This document shows positions 39,452 to 60,880 of a stretch of DNA of 64,000 bases, piece by piece. Under the pieces are notes generated by a model, which had not been told where the DNA came from, did not search any database, and saw only the letters and a program-made list of their open reading frames with translations. The stretch is from Azolla caroliniana (Eukaryota; Plantae; Polypodiophyta): contig JBHGNT010000012.1 in NCBI GenBank assembly GCA_043228905.1, positions 17,422,001 to 17,486,000 on the forward strand. The letters run 5' to 3'. The position numbers were made by a program, and so were the translations under genes. How positions within the stretch are numbered: position 1 is the first letter of the stretch; each line of letters begins with the position of its first letter.

Positions 39452-40454
39452 GTTTTACTGAGTATCTGATCAGAGGTTTCTTTTCATAATTCAGCTGCTA
39501 ATTGTTATTTCACATGAGGAGGTTGAGAGTTGCAGACAAACATGGATGAATGGCTTGTCTGGAGAGAAAAGATCGGATGGATATGAGCTCGAAGAAAATG
39601 AACGAATTGATTGAAGAATGTTAAGAAGCAAGATACATGAAGAAGTAAGAAGATACAAGAAGAATTAGCAAGAAAAAGAGAAGCAAGAAAGCCAATTGCA
39701 AAATCTTTTTCTGTTCTCAGAGACAAACACACACACACACACAGACACACAGAATCACAGAAGGAAAAAGAAGAGTGTTTCTAGAAAGAAGAAGGAATTA
39801 GCCAGAAATCTCTTACGGAGAAAGAAGGAAGAAGCAATGAAGGAGACAGAAGTTACGGAGATGGCGAAATCTCTTTTCTGTTCTCTCAGAGACACGGAGA
39901 GAAGAGACGCAGAAAGAAATAAACAGAATCAAGAAGCAAAGAAAGAATGAGAGAACAGGAGAAGCTCCAGCGATGGCGAGCTCTCTTTTCTCGTGTTCCA
40001 GTCAGAGAAGAGGTAAAAAAAAAAAAACAGATGAACCGAAGAGAAAGAGGAAAGAATGGTCAAGAAACAAAGAAAGAAAAAAGAAGCTCGGGGCGATGGC
40101 GAATTCTCTTCTTCTTCTTTTCCTTCTTCTTCTTCTTCTTGTTCTTCTTTTCCTTCTTTTCCTTCTTCTTCTCCCGAACAAAGAACTAAACAGAAAAGGA
40201 AGTAAGGAATTAGCAAAGAGAGAAGTAGAAAGGCTTGCGAAAGGAAGGAGAAGCTCCGGCGATGGCGATGGCGATGGCGAACTCGACTCCTGCGTTAAAT
40301 TTGCTTCATTTTTCACTCAGAAGAAGAAGAAGGAAGAAGAAGAAGAAGAAGAAGAAGACGATCGATTTATTTGAAAAACAGAAATCATATTTATTTATTT
40401 ATCGATCTTCTTTTTATTTTTATATTTTATAATTTTTATTTTTATTTGATTTGA

Positions 40455-40620
40455 TTTTATATTTTATATTTTATATTTTATATTTTATATTTTATATTTT
40501 ATATTTTATATTTTATATTTTATATTTTATATTTTATATTTTATATTTTATATTTTATATTTTATATTTTATATTTTATCTTTTATATTTTATCTTTTAT
40601 ATTTTATATTTTATTTGTTT
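40455..40620. repeat. (TTTTATA)n heptamer tandem repeat
   Basis: Read directly from the sequence. Confidence 0.95.
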
Positions 40621-41044
40621 ATTTTATATCTATTTATTGATTCGCTTTTCTATTTTTTTATTCCTTTATTTATCGATTTTTTATTTTTTATCGTTTATTT
40701 TTTATTTTTTATTTTTTTTATATTTTTATTTCTTTATTTTATATATATATATATATATATAATCTCGTTTATTTACTTCTCTATTTATTGATTCGCTTTT
40801 CTATTTTTTTTATTCCTTTATTTGATTTTGATGCCCTTTTATTTATGCTTGCATTTGGTTCCTTTGTTCAAACTGTTTTTATTTTTTGGGGGGGGGCTAT
40901 TATTTTTCAAATATTGTTAAATAAATCTAGAAAAAAGGTAAATTCTCTTTTTTGCTTTCATTTTTATTTTTTATTTTTTAAATTGTGTTGTAGGAGCGGT
41001 GTTTCACATGCTTGCAAAAACCTGCTCAAATTTTAGCTTCAAAT

Positions 41045-41648
41045 ATGTATGTAATCAATTGAAGACATAAATGTATGTATGCATGTATTTTATGTATGTA
41101 TGTACGTATGCATGTATTTTATGTATCTATGTATGTATGCATGTATTGTATCTATGTATGTATGCATGTATTGTATCTATGTATGTATGCATGTATTGTA
41201 CCTATGTATGTATGCATGTATTGTATATATGTATGTATGCATGCATTTAAAATGTATTTTATGTATGTATGTATATATTCATGTATTATGTATGTATGCA
41301 TGCATGTATCTATGTGTGATGTATAATTGTATTGTATATACATATGTATTTTATGTATGTATGTATATATTCATGTATTATGTATGTATGCATGCATGTA
41401 TCTATGTGTGTGTATTTATTACTATGTATGTATTGTATGGTAGGTATGTATGTATGTATGTATGTATGTATGTATGTACCCATGTACCCATGTACCCATG
41501 TATGTATGTATGTATGTACCCATGTATGTATGTACCCATGTATGTATGTATGTATGTATGTATGTATGTATGTATGTACCCATGTACCCATGTACCCATG
41601 TATGTATGTATGTATGTACCCATGTATGTATGTACCCATGTATGTATG

Positions 41649-41677
<29 letters not shown>
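41045..41677. repeat. Compound (TATG)n/(TACCCATG)n microsatellite
   Basis: Read directly from the sequence. It explains the many overlapping low-complexity ORFs here. Confidence 0.95.
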
Positions 41678-41681
<4 letters not shown>

Positions 41682-44600
41682 GATGAAGACAAACATAACG
41701 TGCATTGTATGTGTGGCCCTCGTTGAGACTCAAGCTCGAGGGTCCAAAAGTTTGTTTGTTTTTTTCACCTTAAGGCTATAGTGATATTGCCCCACAAAAC
41801 TTGACCACTTTCATGCGACGCTTTTGGAGATTGTCCAACAATATGCGTATGATGGAGATAAAAGTGGGTGCCCAGGAATCGGTGTTGCATTCTTACGATG
41901 GAAGGATCAGAAACTCTTAAAGACTCAATGTGCCATGAACACCATTTGGTTGTGTCACTCTCTTATTCCATCACACCTCCGAAAGCTCAAGTTGAACCGT
42001 ACTTTCTTCAAATGGTAAGTGTTTTATTTTCTAACTTGTTATGAACACATACTTCAAATTGTCTACAACTCCTCTTATGCAATTGCAAAATGTCAATGGC
42101 ACTTCCTTTTCATTGGACCAAGTAAGGTTGTTATGCCTTCCTAACTTTCATTCTGAACCCGACTAATCTAGAGCCTCACACTTCAATAACTTATGTTCAC
42201 ATAATGGAGAAGCAAAATGATATTCCTATCTTTACGTTCGTCCCCATCATTTTATGATGATGGAAGAAACATCATACACATAGAGATAGATAGGTTCATG
42301 TCAAAGTCCACAAGAGAATGGACACAATCATTGAGATAGGTGCAAGCCCATGGGGAGGATCAAACTTTGATTCTCTACATATTGTGTATTGAGGGACAAA
42401 AGATAAGGTATTGAGGAGAAAGAGATACCATAGATATATGTATGAAATGTTATAGTGACTTGATACAACTTTCCACCCAACAAAGTAGTGCATATTCAAA
42501 CTCAAATGTAGATGCAACTCCACTTTGCGAGTCCTCTATAATTACAATCCTCATAAGATGCATGCTAATGTTATGATCACGACTGTAAAGTGTTCAGATA
42601 TGTCCCGAGATGAGATGTTGGCCCTAGGCAAGCGGTCAGGGCATTCGAGTTTGTGGAGATTTCGCATAGTCCAAGTCATGAAACCTTCTTCAATGAAACC
42701 TTTTTCCATTCATGCGTCATTTCAACTAAATATAACAAGTTTGGTCCAAGTAGATCGCCATTAGATGCACTTGAACTTGGAATGCTCCATTGACATGTAA
42801 ACTTTTCTAATGAATTGCTACAAGCAACCTCAATTGCTCCTTCTGATAGAATGCAAGTTCTATGTCGTAACAAAATGTTATGGATCCGAATATAATGACA
42901 TAATCTTCCAACACTATCTAATGTCATGGAGATGACATACCATAACCACGAGATACATAAGGGTTCAGTCACATGCATAACAACTTTTCTCACAATGTAG
43001 TATATTTTACATTTTCTTTTGAAACATAGATCTACATTAACATGCCTAGGGTTAGGACACAAGTTTTTGCCACTATTACTAGATTACAATAAACAATAGC
43101 CATTGATATGAAATCGAACCTTGTAATGCATTTGTTCGTTTATTTACATGATCAATTAGCCCTATCCTATGTTATCGCATTACTCATCATTTGACACGTA
43201 CAACCATTGTTTTAAGCTCGTATGTTATCACATTGCTCATAAGGCAAGTTCTTGTCTAGGATAAATATACTCCAACTTAATGAGTTTTTAATATTTTTAG
43301 AATTTTATTTAGTTATTTGATCAAACTTAAACTATTTCTGAGAGTAGTGATTGATGACGATGTTAAAATTTAAGTTGAATATAAAATTCCATTTAAAAGT
43401 TGAATGAGATGTTGGTTACGGATACCTGAAAAAGCTAATAACAACAATTTATTGATATGATACTGTCGTATAGTGCCGAGTTTCCTGATATGAATTAGTT
43501 TATAGTTAAAAGTCTTATGGGGTCGAGTGCCATGATATGAACTAATTACAATAAAAAACCGGGGATGGTTGAGTGTCATGATTACGACCTACTTTGTGAT
43601 GCAATTGATCACGTCATGATATTTAGTTAGGTTTAAACCACGAAACACATAGCCAAGAAGGATACAATTATCCTAGGAGTAAAATGAACAAGTAGTGATG
43701 CGGAAAAAGAGTGTGCGAAAAATGAGAGTTTTACGCATGTCGAAATTGGTAGGTAATGTTGGAAGAAACATTTTGTTCACAAACATGCACAACTTATTTA
43801 TATAATCATATAACCAACTTCAGAACACAATAGTTTCAATTATAGTTGTATACCATCCAAATCTTGTGTGATCCAATTTACCTTGAAAATTGTTATTAAT
43901 ATCTGCCTTCGTATATTGGAGGATACTAACAAACTTAGCTATTGTAAGAATCACAAGCTAGTAGAATAGACAATAATGTACATGCAGTCATACAATTTAA
44001 ATTACATGGGAAACTAGCATGATTAGGTGAATTTGCAATTCACGACGTATGGGTTGATTGCAATCTTGGAACAAACATGAACTCCAACACTTAAAGCGAG
44101 CCACATAGGTTTGAGTTGGCTAGGATACTAAGCTCCTAATGAGAGGTCGTTCCTTGGTTAAATGCGCACAAAACTCTAAATAAGATAATCAAATGGTTTG
44201 CAAGGTTTGTAGGCAAACAAAAAGGTGACAAAGAGTTGTTTGAATAACACTAGCAATTATGTAAAGGACATGAACTTGGCCAAATCAAAAGTCGAGATTG
44301 AATTAGAAGCGTGATTGAAAAACACGTGGATGCAAAGTATGAAAGTTACAAGAAACTCATATATCAAGTATTCAACATTCATATATAATATTACGAGGAG
44401 GGTACTTTTGCATATTGCATGTGATTCTTATACATGTCAGTATAATATATAATATACAATGGGGAAAGTATGCACGTCACACCACTGAAAGGCTATATGT
44501 TATGTCATAGGGTTTTATCCAATAAACTTGGCTATGAAATAAATTGATATCGTTCTCCAATTGATAACCCAACTTCTGGGACCACAATCCTCACTAACTT

Positions 44601-46129
44601 AAACTCTATAGGACATTGTGCAATTATCTTTATCTTGCACACATTGAGACACTCCAAATAAAACAAAAACTCTACCAAGTGTGATGTGACAAAGATTTTC
44701 CCCACGAACGAATATCACCAAGTGCATCTCGGATAGGAATCATATATTCCAAGGTCACATGTTATGTAACAAGTGTTGTGAGGAGGAAGAAAGGAAAAAA
44801 AACCCGTATATATCGAGTATGCCAACTCTTGAATAGATAAGATGAAGGCCAAAAAGTAACTAATGAATCGTAAGTAAAAAGAGTGAAAACTCATGACCAA
44901 ATGGCCAATATATGTGTTCTAAATTAAAGCCCCAAAACAAGTTATAACTTTTGTGGGCCCAATACAAATAGTCAATCAATCATCCATCGATCTTGATTAT
45001 TATTCAATCTCTCCTAACGGTAACGATAAATTCAAAATCGATACGAAGGCGGGCATTTGTATGTACATATGTGTGTGTGTGTTTGTCTTTTTCTTTTCTT
45101 TTCTTTTGCAAGGCGACCGTTTTTTACTTAGCATTTTTTCATCATTAGTTCTCATTTGAGGGAGCGGATCTATAACACACACAACCCCATTTTGTTCTTT
45201 TTCTTGGGAACCACTATAATATGTGTTATCCATGTGTTGTGTAACTTTGAGAAGCTATTCCAAGCTTTTGGCTTCTTGTAATCAACATTGAGGATAATAT
45301 ATAATTTTCGAAGCATAAAGATTCCACATGACACTTGCTTTCAATCACGAGGTTTCAATTCTCGGGTGTATCATCGATATTTTATTGATCTATTTTTCAA
45401 TATATCTTATGCCTAACTAGTTTTTCCAGCCTTGGGCATTTCTTTGAGTTGCACTTTTTGCAAAGTTCGCAAGCTTCATTTGTTGAGCACGGGCTCACAC
45501 CAAGCTTTTCATATTTCTTATTGGCTATAACTTTAAAAGGAAAAACTCCCAAATAGCCCAACGTGGTAGCAAGTAGGTAGAATCTCATAGAGACCTTTAT
45601 GACCCTTGCTAGGGAAGGGACACTTGCGAGCCTCTCAAACCTCTTTTATGATATGCTTGATATCCCATGTGGATCTATGCATATGACTAGATTTGAGGAA
45701 AAGAACAATGATGGCCATGTGGCGATGTGTGGCATCAATAAACCATAATCCTGGTGTTACCGAATTTAACCCTTGGCAAAAACATTTATGGTCTCCTACA
45801 ACTTCTGAGTCTTCTTTATTGTTAACAATTGTCTTTGGGGAACCCCCTCCTCTTGAATTGATCATATAATCAATCAAGTAGAATATGAAATTGCTAAGAA
45901 ACGAAGATGGTTTGTTTCGACATGAGAGACAATAGGTGTGGGCTAATCAAGGCGGCCTACTGTGTTTTATTACAAGGTGGAGAATAGGTTAAAGGAAAAC
46001 AAAGGAAAAATGTTCTCATTAGGGAACTAGAGGACATGCTCACATTCGAACGAAGGATAAACTACTATGTTCATTACATGAATTTGAAGGTAATGGCGAG
46101 ATGGACGATGTGGAAAGATGAAGCATACT

Positions 46130-46290
46130 TCTTGAGTTTTTGATAACGGTGAGTGTTGCCTACTCAAAGATGGGTAATTGGGACAAGGAGATTGCTAAAG
46201 ATGGATACGAAAGAGATCGATCTCTTGGTAATGCTTTGATAGACATGTACGCAAAATGTGCCTCGCTTATGCTATCACAACTTGTATTGA
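46130..46290 (+). pseudogene. Pentatricopeptide-repeat (PLS-type) gene fragment
   Basis: EIAKDGYERDRSLGNALIDMYAKCASL matches the PPR motif GNALIDMYAKCG. No intact ORF. Confidence 0.6.
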
Positions 46291-47465
46291 GGATCTACAA
46301 AATCAAGATGGGATATTGATGTATGTGCCCTTCAAAAGTGAGATGTAGTGGCATGCAATATACTTATAATAGGGTATGTGGAAAATGGACCTACTTTGTG
46401 GATATCCTGAGTATGGTATGTTGGTATGGTTATGTTGAACATCTTTAGTACATGCTGAACGATTGAAACAGAGGGTTGGAATTGTTTTGTATGTTGTAGC
46501 TAATATGCCTTTTAAAAAACTAATGTGAAGTATATTATTATTATTATTATCATTTTGTAAGCTTCTAGGCAAACAAGCTGAAGTTGTAGCCTTCAGGTGT
46601 TTTTCCTTAATACTACTAAAGAAAATCTTTGAAGAAAAAAAATAAAATTGCTAAAGAAGGGCATGTGGACAAATTACAAAAATGTAGGGGCATAAGGGAA
46701 ATAAACATGAACTCATGCCATTTCAATCATATTTTCCAAATTATATGGCATGTAAAGGATCCTTTGAATCCAAATCGTTCAAAGAACATCAAATGTGAAA
46801 GTTTTTGCCTTGGTTTCACCAAACACAATGTAGTATTTCAATGTTGCTAAAACTATAAACTATTTGCTGTATAACCAAACATTCCAAAGAAATTGTGTTT
46901 TACTTGGGTTATTGTCATTCAAACTCGAAGTATATACTTGCAAGTATTCAGCTCCAACATTTGAGATTCATTAATTTTGTGAATTAACCTTATTTTTTTT
47001 GAGAAATACAACAAAATTTTATGCAAATATTATTTCAAGCCCTCTAAGTTCAAAACCTTTTAGTCACCTCAAGGGCACAAAAAGCATTTTATTGACCAGA
47101 GGCACTTTCTCTCCGAATATTTCATAGCACCCTCCAAGCACAATCAAACATAGGGCTAGTGATCATCGTAAAACTTATGCTAGAACTAACACTCATGACA
47201 GGGCTAATTATTGTTTGTTTAGAGATGTAGAAGAGCATACACAAAATTGATGTGCCACTAGATCAAAAATCTTGCTAGAATCATCCCTGACCGTAGACAA
47301 CAAGTGCACAAACGCCAACCATCTAGGGCGATGGGTGGCAACTTAGAGATGACAACACATTTTTTGGTCGATCTTGGTCTAGTGGGAATGTGTAGAGTAA
47401 TGTAGGTCATATTTTAGTTTGCTTCCTGGAAACTATCAAATTTTGGGATGGTGCATGTTAGTTAT

Positions 47466-47524
47466 AGTTGTCTCATGGGCCAAATTTGGACTTAGATGAC
47501 GTTAATATATCTTTCTTTTCTCTC
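47466..47524 (+). mobile_element. Diverged LINE 3'-end remnant (same family as 23580-24470)
   Basis: GACGTTAATATATCTTTCTTTTCTCTC, preceded by a degenerate GGCC..TTGG stem. Confidence 0.55.
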
Positions 47525-47684
47525 AGACTTTAGAAAATCACAGCCTATGCCAATTCATGTAGCCAAACTTTTCGACTCATTCCATGTCGTTACATACTCA
47601 CAAAATTCGGATATCGCATACTTCACTCTTAGAATATAGTGATTCTAAGGCCCCATCTCTCCATTCGTGTGAGCACCGATTGTG

Positions 47685-49028
47685 TCATGCACGGTCATGC
47701 ATCTTAATGTTAAAATTTTTCGGTTGGATCTTCTTTTGCTTCATGTTCACGAAATGCCTCTGGTCCTCGAGCATTGAATCAAATACTGCCAGCAAACCAT
47801 CAAGGCCTTCAGTAATATCTGGTTCCAATACCTTCAAGGCATACACAATGCTCTCTAGTGTGGATATATACTCAGGTTTTGGTTCTTTCCTAACAGACCC
47901 ATATAGACTAGGGGTGGAAACCAACAGCTTATAATGTGGTAGGTCATGAAGCCAAGGGTTCTCCATATACATCCGCTTTGCCTTGGACCATGTACCGTCC
48001 AACACAATGAGGTGACGGCATAAAGGACGATGGCTCTGGTCTTTTCCATGCACAAGAGCAGTGGATAGTTCCATAGCTTTCTCACTAGGGTAAAGGAGAG
48101 AGACCCCATGGGGAATCAAACCTTTCAATTCCTCGAGCGTAGGGACATGCGATTTGCTCTCTCCATGACCATCGGCAACATTGGTGCCATGCTTTATACA
48201 CATAGAACAATTCATGTTCTTATGATTGGTATGGATGGAAGGATCCACATCAAAGAGAGCTGCTCCATTGATGCACATGGAAGGTTCTCTATTGGAACCA
48301 TAAGTTGCATACATGCGGCGCATCTCATCATCGGAACCTTCCATGAATTCGATACCATATTGCATACATGAATTTGACACCATATTGCAAAGCATGCCAT
48401 TGGGAGCTTCCTCTGATACCATATTACAAAGCATACCATGGGATTTGCCTTCACATAATACATCTGTTACATCTTTGCAATACATGCTATCCTTAAATAC
48501 ATTGGATATGATCTTGCCAAGCCTTACAATTTCTATCTCTGGCAACACTGAGGACTCTTTGGAGTCCAATTCACACTTTTTCTGGCGAGATCGGCATCTT
48601 TGCTGGATTCTTATTGATTCATCAGCCTCCGGAGCGGCCAAGAGATCTATGTTATCAAGCCCAAGCATTGCGATTCTCGATGATCCGAGTGCGTGATCCT
48701 TCTCCTTAGGGTTTTGCAGGATGGTGATCTTTGTCCTGTTGGGAACAATTTCTGGGAAACGCTTGCAAATGCATACCTTCATGGCTTTCATGCATCTCTT
48801 GCAGAACGGCCGCTTCTTATAACAAGAACGCTCATCATGATTTGAAGGAGAGCTCCCATTAATCTGCTGCTCTTCGTTAGATCCATGGGAGGAGAAGCTT
48901 CGAGAAGTGGACTTTGCAACGATACAAACATGGTTTCTCACTGATTTAGGGTTATCTGAGGAGAAAGGTCTGTGCACCCTTATGAAGCTGAAAGAGCATA
49001 TATCTCTGAGCGAAAAGAGCTTCGTCAT
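47685..49028 (-). CDS. DTWD2: DTW domain protein (tRNA-uridine aminocarboxypropyltransferase, DTWD2/TapT-like), single coding exon
   Basis: 447-aa ORF with RPFCKRC..VCIC, ILQNPKE, LLYPS, LIVLDGTWSKAKRM, RKEP and STLESIVYAL. Confidence 0.9.
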   Translation of the reverse strand: MTKLFSLRDICSFSFIRVHRPFSSDNPKSVRNHVCIVAKSTSRSFSSHGSNEEQQINGSSPSNHDERSCYKKRPFCKRCMKAMKVCICKRFPEIVPNRTKITILQNPKEKDHALGSSRIAMLGLDNIDLLAAPEADESIRIQQRCRSRQKKCELDSKESSVLPEIEIVRLGKIISNVFKDSMYCKDVTDVLCEGKSHGMLCNMVSEEAPNGMLCNMVSNSCMQYGIEFMEGSDDEMRRMYATYGSNREPSMCINGAALFDVDPSIHTNHKNMNCSMCIKHGTNVADGHGESKSHVPTLEELKGLIPHGVSLLYPSEKAMELSTALVHGKDQSHRPLCRHLIVLDGTWSKAKRMYMENPWLHDLPHYKLLVSTPSLYGSVRKEPKPEYISTLESIVYALKVLEPDITEGLDGLLAVFDSMLEDQRHFVNMKQKKIQPKNFNIKMHDRA

Positions 49029-49104
49029 GTATATACCTGCGGGGCTAAGAGATGAGGTTAAAGCAATCAGACGCAGGCCATGGAAGCTGGCTGTAGTGTT
49101 ATGT

Positions 49105-49400
49105 CGGCAGAGGGATTTTAGGGTTCCATCACAAGAGCTCAGTCTATGGATATGGGTGGTGATTGCTCTGTGTTCTCTGACCTGTGTTTGAACAAGAACA
49201 TTAGTGTCAAGTGAGCAGAGGGATTTTAGGGTTTCATCACAAGAGCTCAGTATATGGATATGGGTGGTGATGCTCTGTGTTCTCTGACCTGCATTAAGGC
49301 TAAGAGAGCAGAGGGATTTAGGGTTTCATCCCAAGAGCTCTGTTTCCATAGCTATGGATGGATGGATGGATGATGCTCTGTTTCTTCTCACTTGTATTTT
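49105..49400. repeat. Three ~93-107-bp tandem units upstream of the DTW gene
   Basis: GCAGAGGGATTT(T)AGGGTT at ~49107, 49214 and 49307. Confidence 0.8.
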
Positions 49401-49478
49401 AACAAGAGCACTAGTATTATTTTAACAAACTGGCCGGGCCCGAGAGGCAGCGCAGTACCCCGAAATTCGATTGACTCC

Positions 49479-49687
49479 TCAAATCCAGTCTTGAATCTTG
49501 ATAAGGTATGAGTCAAAGATCTTGTCCGAGGTGTCAAATTCAGTCTTGAATCTCGACAAGGTACGAATCAAAGATCTTGTCCGAGGTGTCAAACTCAATC
49601 TTGAATCTCGACAAGGTACAAGCTAAAGATCATGTCTGAGGTGTCAAATTCAGTCTTGAATCTCAACAAGGTACTAGTCAAAGATCC
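49479..49687. repeat. 55-bp tandem repeat, about 4 copies
   Basis: TCAAA..TCTTGAATCT..AAGGTA..AAAGATC at 49479, 49534, 49589 and 49644. Confidence 0.9.
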
Positions 49688-51265
49688 TATTCCCTGAGGA
49701 GAGAAAAGAGGCACGGTCAAGAAAGCCGAATGGATTGAAAGATCCATGATGATAAGTGTTGGTCAATCAATATAGTACCCGTGAATAGCACCAAAGATGA
49801 TGTTGTTTCCGCATATAGCACGGAACCAGAGTCTGGTTCGCATTCTTCCCAGAGGGGGTCATTTCCTGAGAGGCATTTGCCCTCTTGCATTGCATTCTAA
49901 TTCGGGGATTCCCAGAGAGATTCCACCTGTTTTCCATTCCGAGCCTGGGATAATGACATTCGAAATGGCTTTGTTGTGCAACACTTGAGCAACAAGGACA
50001 AAATGCATTTTATGGTGGGAATAACTAGGTTATCCTTAAGGCCACATCTGCCCAAACTAGGTAATCCCCGACACTTAGTCTATAGGTATCTAGGTCCATT
50101 GCCTATTCAATTAGACGATTGCATCATGAAAACCCAACCCAAGGGTACTTTCATTAAGAAATTATCCATGTTAGGTTACAAATTATAATCAACAATGAAG
50201 AAGAGGACAACCACTAGTTGTTGGCCCGGTTCGGTTTCTTTGCCCTAAAACCAAACCGAACCATTTATATAAAACATAAACAAAAACCAAACCGTTTACA
50301 AACCCTCAATCCATTTAAACTAACCATTTAAGAAAAGGTAAACAAACCATTTTAGGGAAAAGTTGAAACCAAACCAATAAATATATTGTAAGGCATGAGA
50401 CATGAAATCTTGTACGTCGTTTGTTGGACAATAATACACATGCTTCATCGATGGAGAGGTTCCGACTCCTAGAGGTACTAATGCTAGTCCTACTTAGAAA
50501 TGGAGATAATGTGATACTATGGGAATAATTAACTTGAAATGGTACTTTTGAAGGCGATTATAAGGTGGCTTATGAAGATTACATTTACACTACATTGATT
50601 TAACACCTATATTACTTTCACGATTTGCTTACTATTGTAAGGTCCAAATTGGATGCACACGTTCGCCAAATATAAGTGACACCTATATTCCTATATGAAT
50701 GTATCCACAACTTTCCTTTTATAAAAAAGACTTAGCAATGAGATCAAATTGCTTGTTTTCAAGACCCAATTCTGCTGCATGTGAATATTTGGTATAACTT
50801 GTACGCATATTCTCTCATTGATGTTCATTTTCTTTGTATATCGTGTCTTTTATTCAGACACTCACTTGAAGGCATAGGTGACAAATCTAAAGGTATCTGT
50901 GAATGGAGCTGATAAAACCGTTTCATAGAGAATAGAATTTTTTATCCCAAATACTTTCACTAGGGCGTTCTGTGTTACGTTTCACACCACATGCGTAGTT
51001 CTTACAAAATTGACTGAGATGCCGACATCTCAACAAAAATCTATACATTATAAACCACATACTCTTACATAGATATGCACATATATATGAGATAAGAGGG
51101 AGAGAGGTTCAGTACATGAACAAAAATTTAAAAGAACATTTATTAGAAGGAATATGAAAGTAACATATTGTGTCCTCATCTGAAAAAAAAGAATAATCGA
51201 AGTCTACGACTGAAAGTTGGAACTTTCACTATTATTGTTGGGGGTAATGGCTGTGCCTCTATAGC

Positions 51266-59006
<7,741 letters not shown>

Positions 59007-59378
59007 ATCTGGGTTGTGAAGAACAGGGGAATGATTTTCAAAGAAGAAGAAACAGAGAGATGAGATCTAGAAGAGAAAAGACTGATGGACAGCCTTTCTT
59101 CTTTATTCAGATGGGGGGATGGGCATATTCTTCCCATTCATTCCATGGGCCATGGGGAAAGAAAGAACATCACCACCCACTTCATATCTCAGGCTCACAT
59201 GATCACGATCACGATGCATTCTCGAGGATGAGATAAGAGATTGTTTTGTCCGTCGGCTTGTATCGAACCACACTTTGGGTTGCAGTGTGCGCTCTGCTCT
59301 GCTCTGGCTCTAGACAATGCCATGCATGCCTTTCGGGCATCAGTTCATGCTTCAGACCCTATTCCTCAATGCTGACTA

Positions 59379-59637
59379 GAGGAATGTGTATGCATAGGTA
59401 GGTGCATGTCTAAAGATGTGTATTGTTTGATTGTAGTTTTGGGCGAGAGGATGTGTATGTATAGGTAGGTGCATGTATAAAAATGTGTATTGTTTGATTG
59501 TAGTTTTGGGCAGGAGGATGTGTACAAATAGGTAGGTGCATGTATAAAGATGTGTATTGTTTGATTGTAGTTTTGGGCAGGAGGATGTGTACAAATAGGT
59601 AGGTGCATGTATAAAGATGTGTATTGTTTGATTGCAG
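59379..59637. repeat. 67-bp tandem repeat, about 4 copies, upstream of UGP
   Basis: ATAGGTAGGTGCATGT at 59394, 59461, 59528 and 59595. Confidence 0.92.
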
Positions 59638-60880
59638 TCCAAGCCCAAATACCTCCCCTTCTAAACCTAATACTTCTTCTAATCCTAACTACCCTCATTC
59701 GCATTGCAAGACCTGACCATAACCCAAGAACGTGCGATCTTTGAAGATGAACTTGGTGCCTTTGATGTCAAGCAACACAACCACCTTTGATTGTTCATAA
59801 CTTCATAGTACTCGATGCATTCATTCACCTTTAGAATGTTATTGTGGTAAGCAGCACATTGCAAAGTGCAAGATGCTTACACACATACTATCTCAAAATC
59901 ATTACATGCACTCTTTTCTTTTTTGCTCACAAAGTTTCTCATTATATGCAACCTTCAATCAACTTCATTTAAGTGAAAAAGATCTTTTTCTTTGAGCAAT
60001 CGACTGAACAATCTATGCATGGTTGTCAAAAGCTACATGTCCTTTCCTTGGACAATTTCAATATACAACTTACTGATTATAAGCACAACACTTTACCCTG
60101 GATACTTTCCACATTATCACTTCTAGCACACAATCTTCCCAACGTCAAAAAGGAGTGGAAGCTCAATTACATATGCCGTTAATCAAATGAATGAAGGGTG
60201 GAAGAAACTAACCTATTCACACACCAACTATCAAAATTAAGTCTAGCAAAGATGAAGATCACATTTCAATGATAGTTTCAGGGAACCTTAAGACAAAGTA
60301 ATGCAAAGAGCTATTGACAGATTTAACAAAACAAGCTACGAGCATCACCTCCTTGGTCTTTAATCAATACAAAACGAAGATAATTACATTGCATATAGAT
60401 AAATGTACAGTTCAACAGAAAGTCCATGGTATATTGTTGTGTCCTCGAGAAGATATTGATTCCTTATGCCACCATTAGTGCATAGGTGTATTCAATAATA
60501 TTCAACCAGCCAAGCAAATATAAGTTTTTAGGGGCATAATTCCATTGTTGCACTTAAAACAAACCTTCTCGGATAGAGTAGTGGGAGCACACTTAACATG
60601 TATGTCGCTCTTCTTCCACATCATCCCAAAATATAAAGAATGGCAAGTAATCACAAGCACTATTGAAATGTAACAAGCACTCTTCTAACCACAAACCCAA
60701 AAACATATGCTATATGGTTAGGAATTCTACGACTATATACACTGTACAGCTGATTACATCAGGCCTAGAAAACTATACAAATCCCACCATGCCTACTTGC
60801 TGCGACATGCTATTGAACAATAATGCCAGGGATTGGATGATGCAGTTGGTCCTTTTGTACCAAGACCCTGCCAAGTTCCT

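Noticed and set aside
39505-40432. Lys/Arg/Glu- and Phe/Leu-rich ORFs
   Set aside because: They arise from GAA/CTT simple repeats upstream of RopGEF.
40451-41733. Many overlapping ORFs (YFIFYIL, MYVC, HTYI)
   Set aside because: Translations of (TTTTATA)n and (TATG)n microsatellites.
41750-45900. Short ORFs between RopGEF and the DTW gene
   Set aside because: No recognisable domains or splice-consistent chain. Likely old repeat debris.
49479-49687. CRISPR-like array (also 59379-59637 and 27378-28040)
   Set aside because: Whole units are repeated with no unique spacers, there are no cas genes, and the context is eukaryotic.
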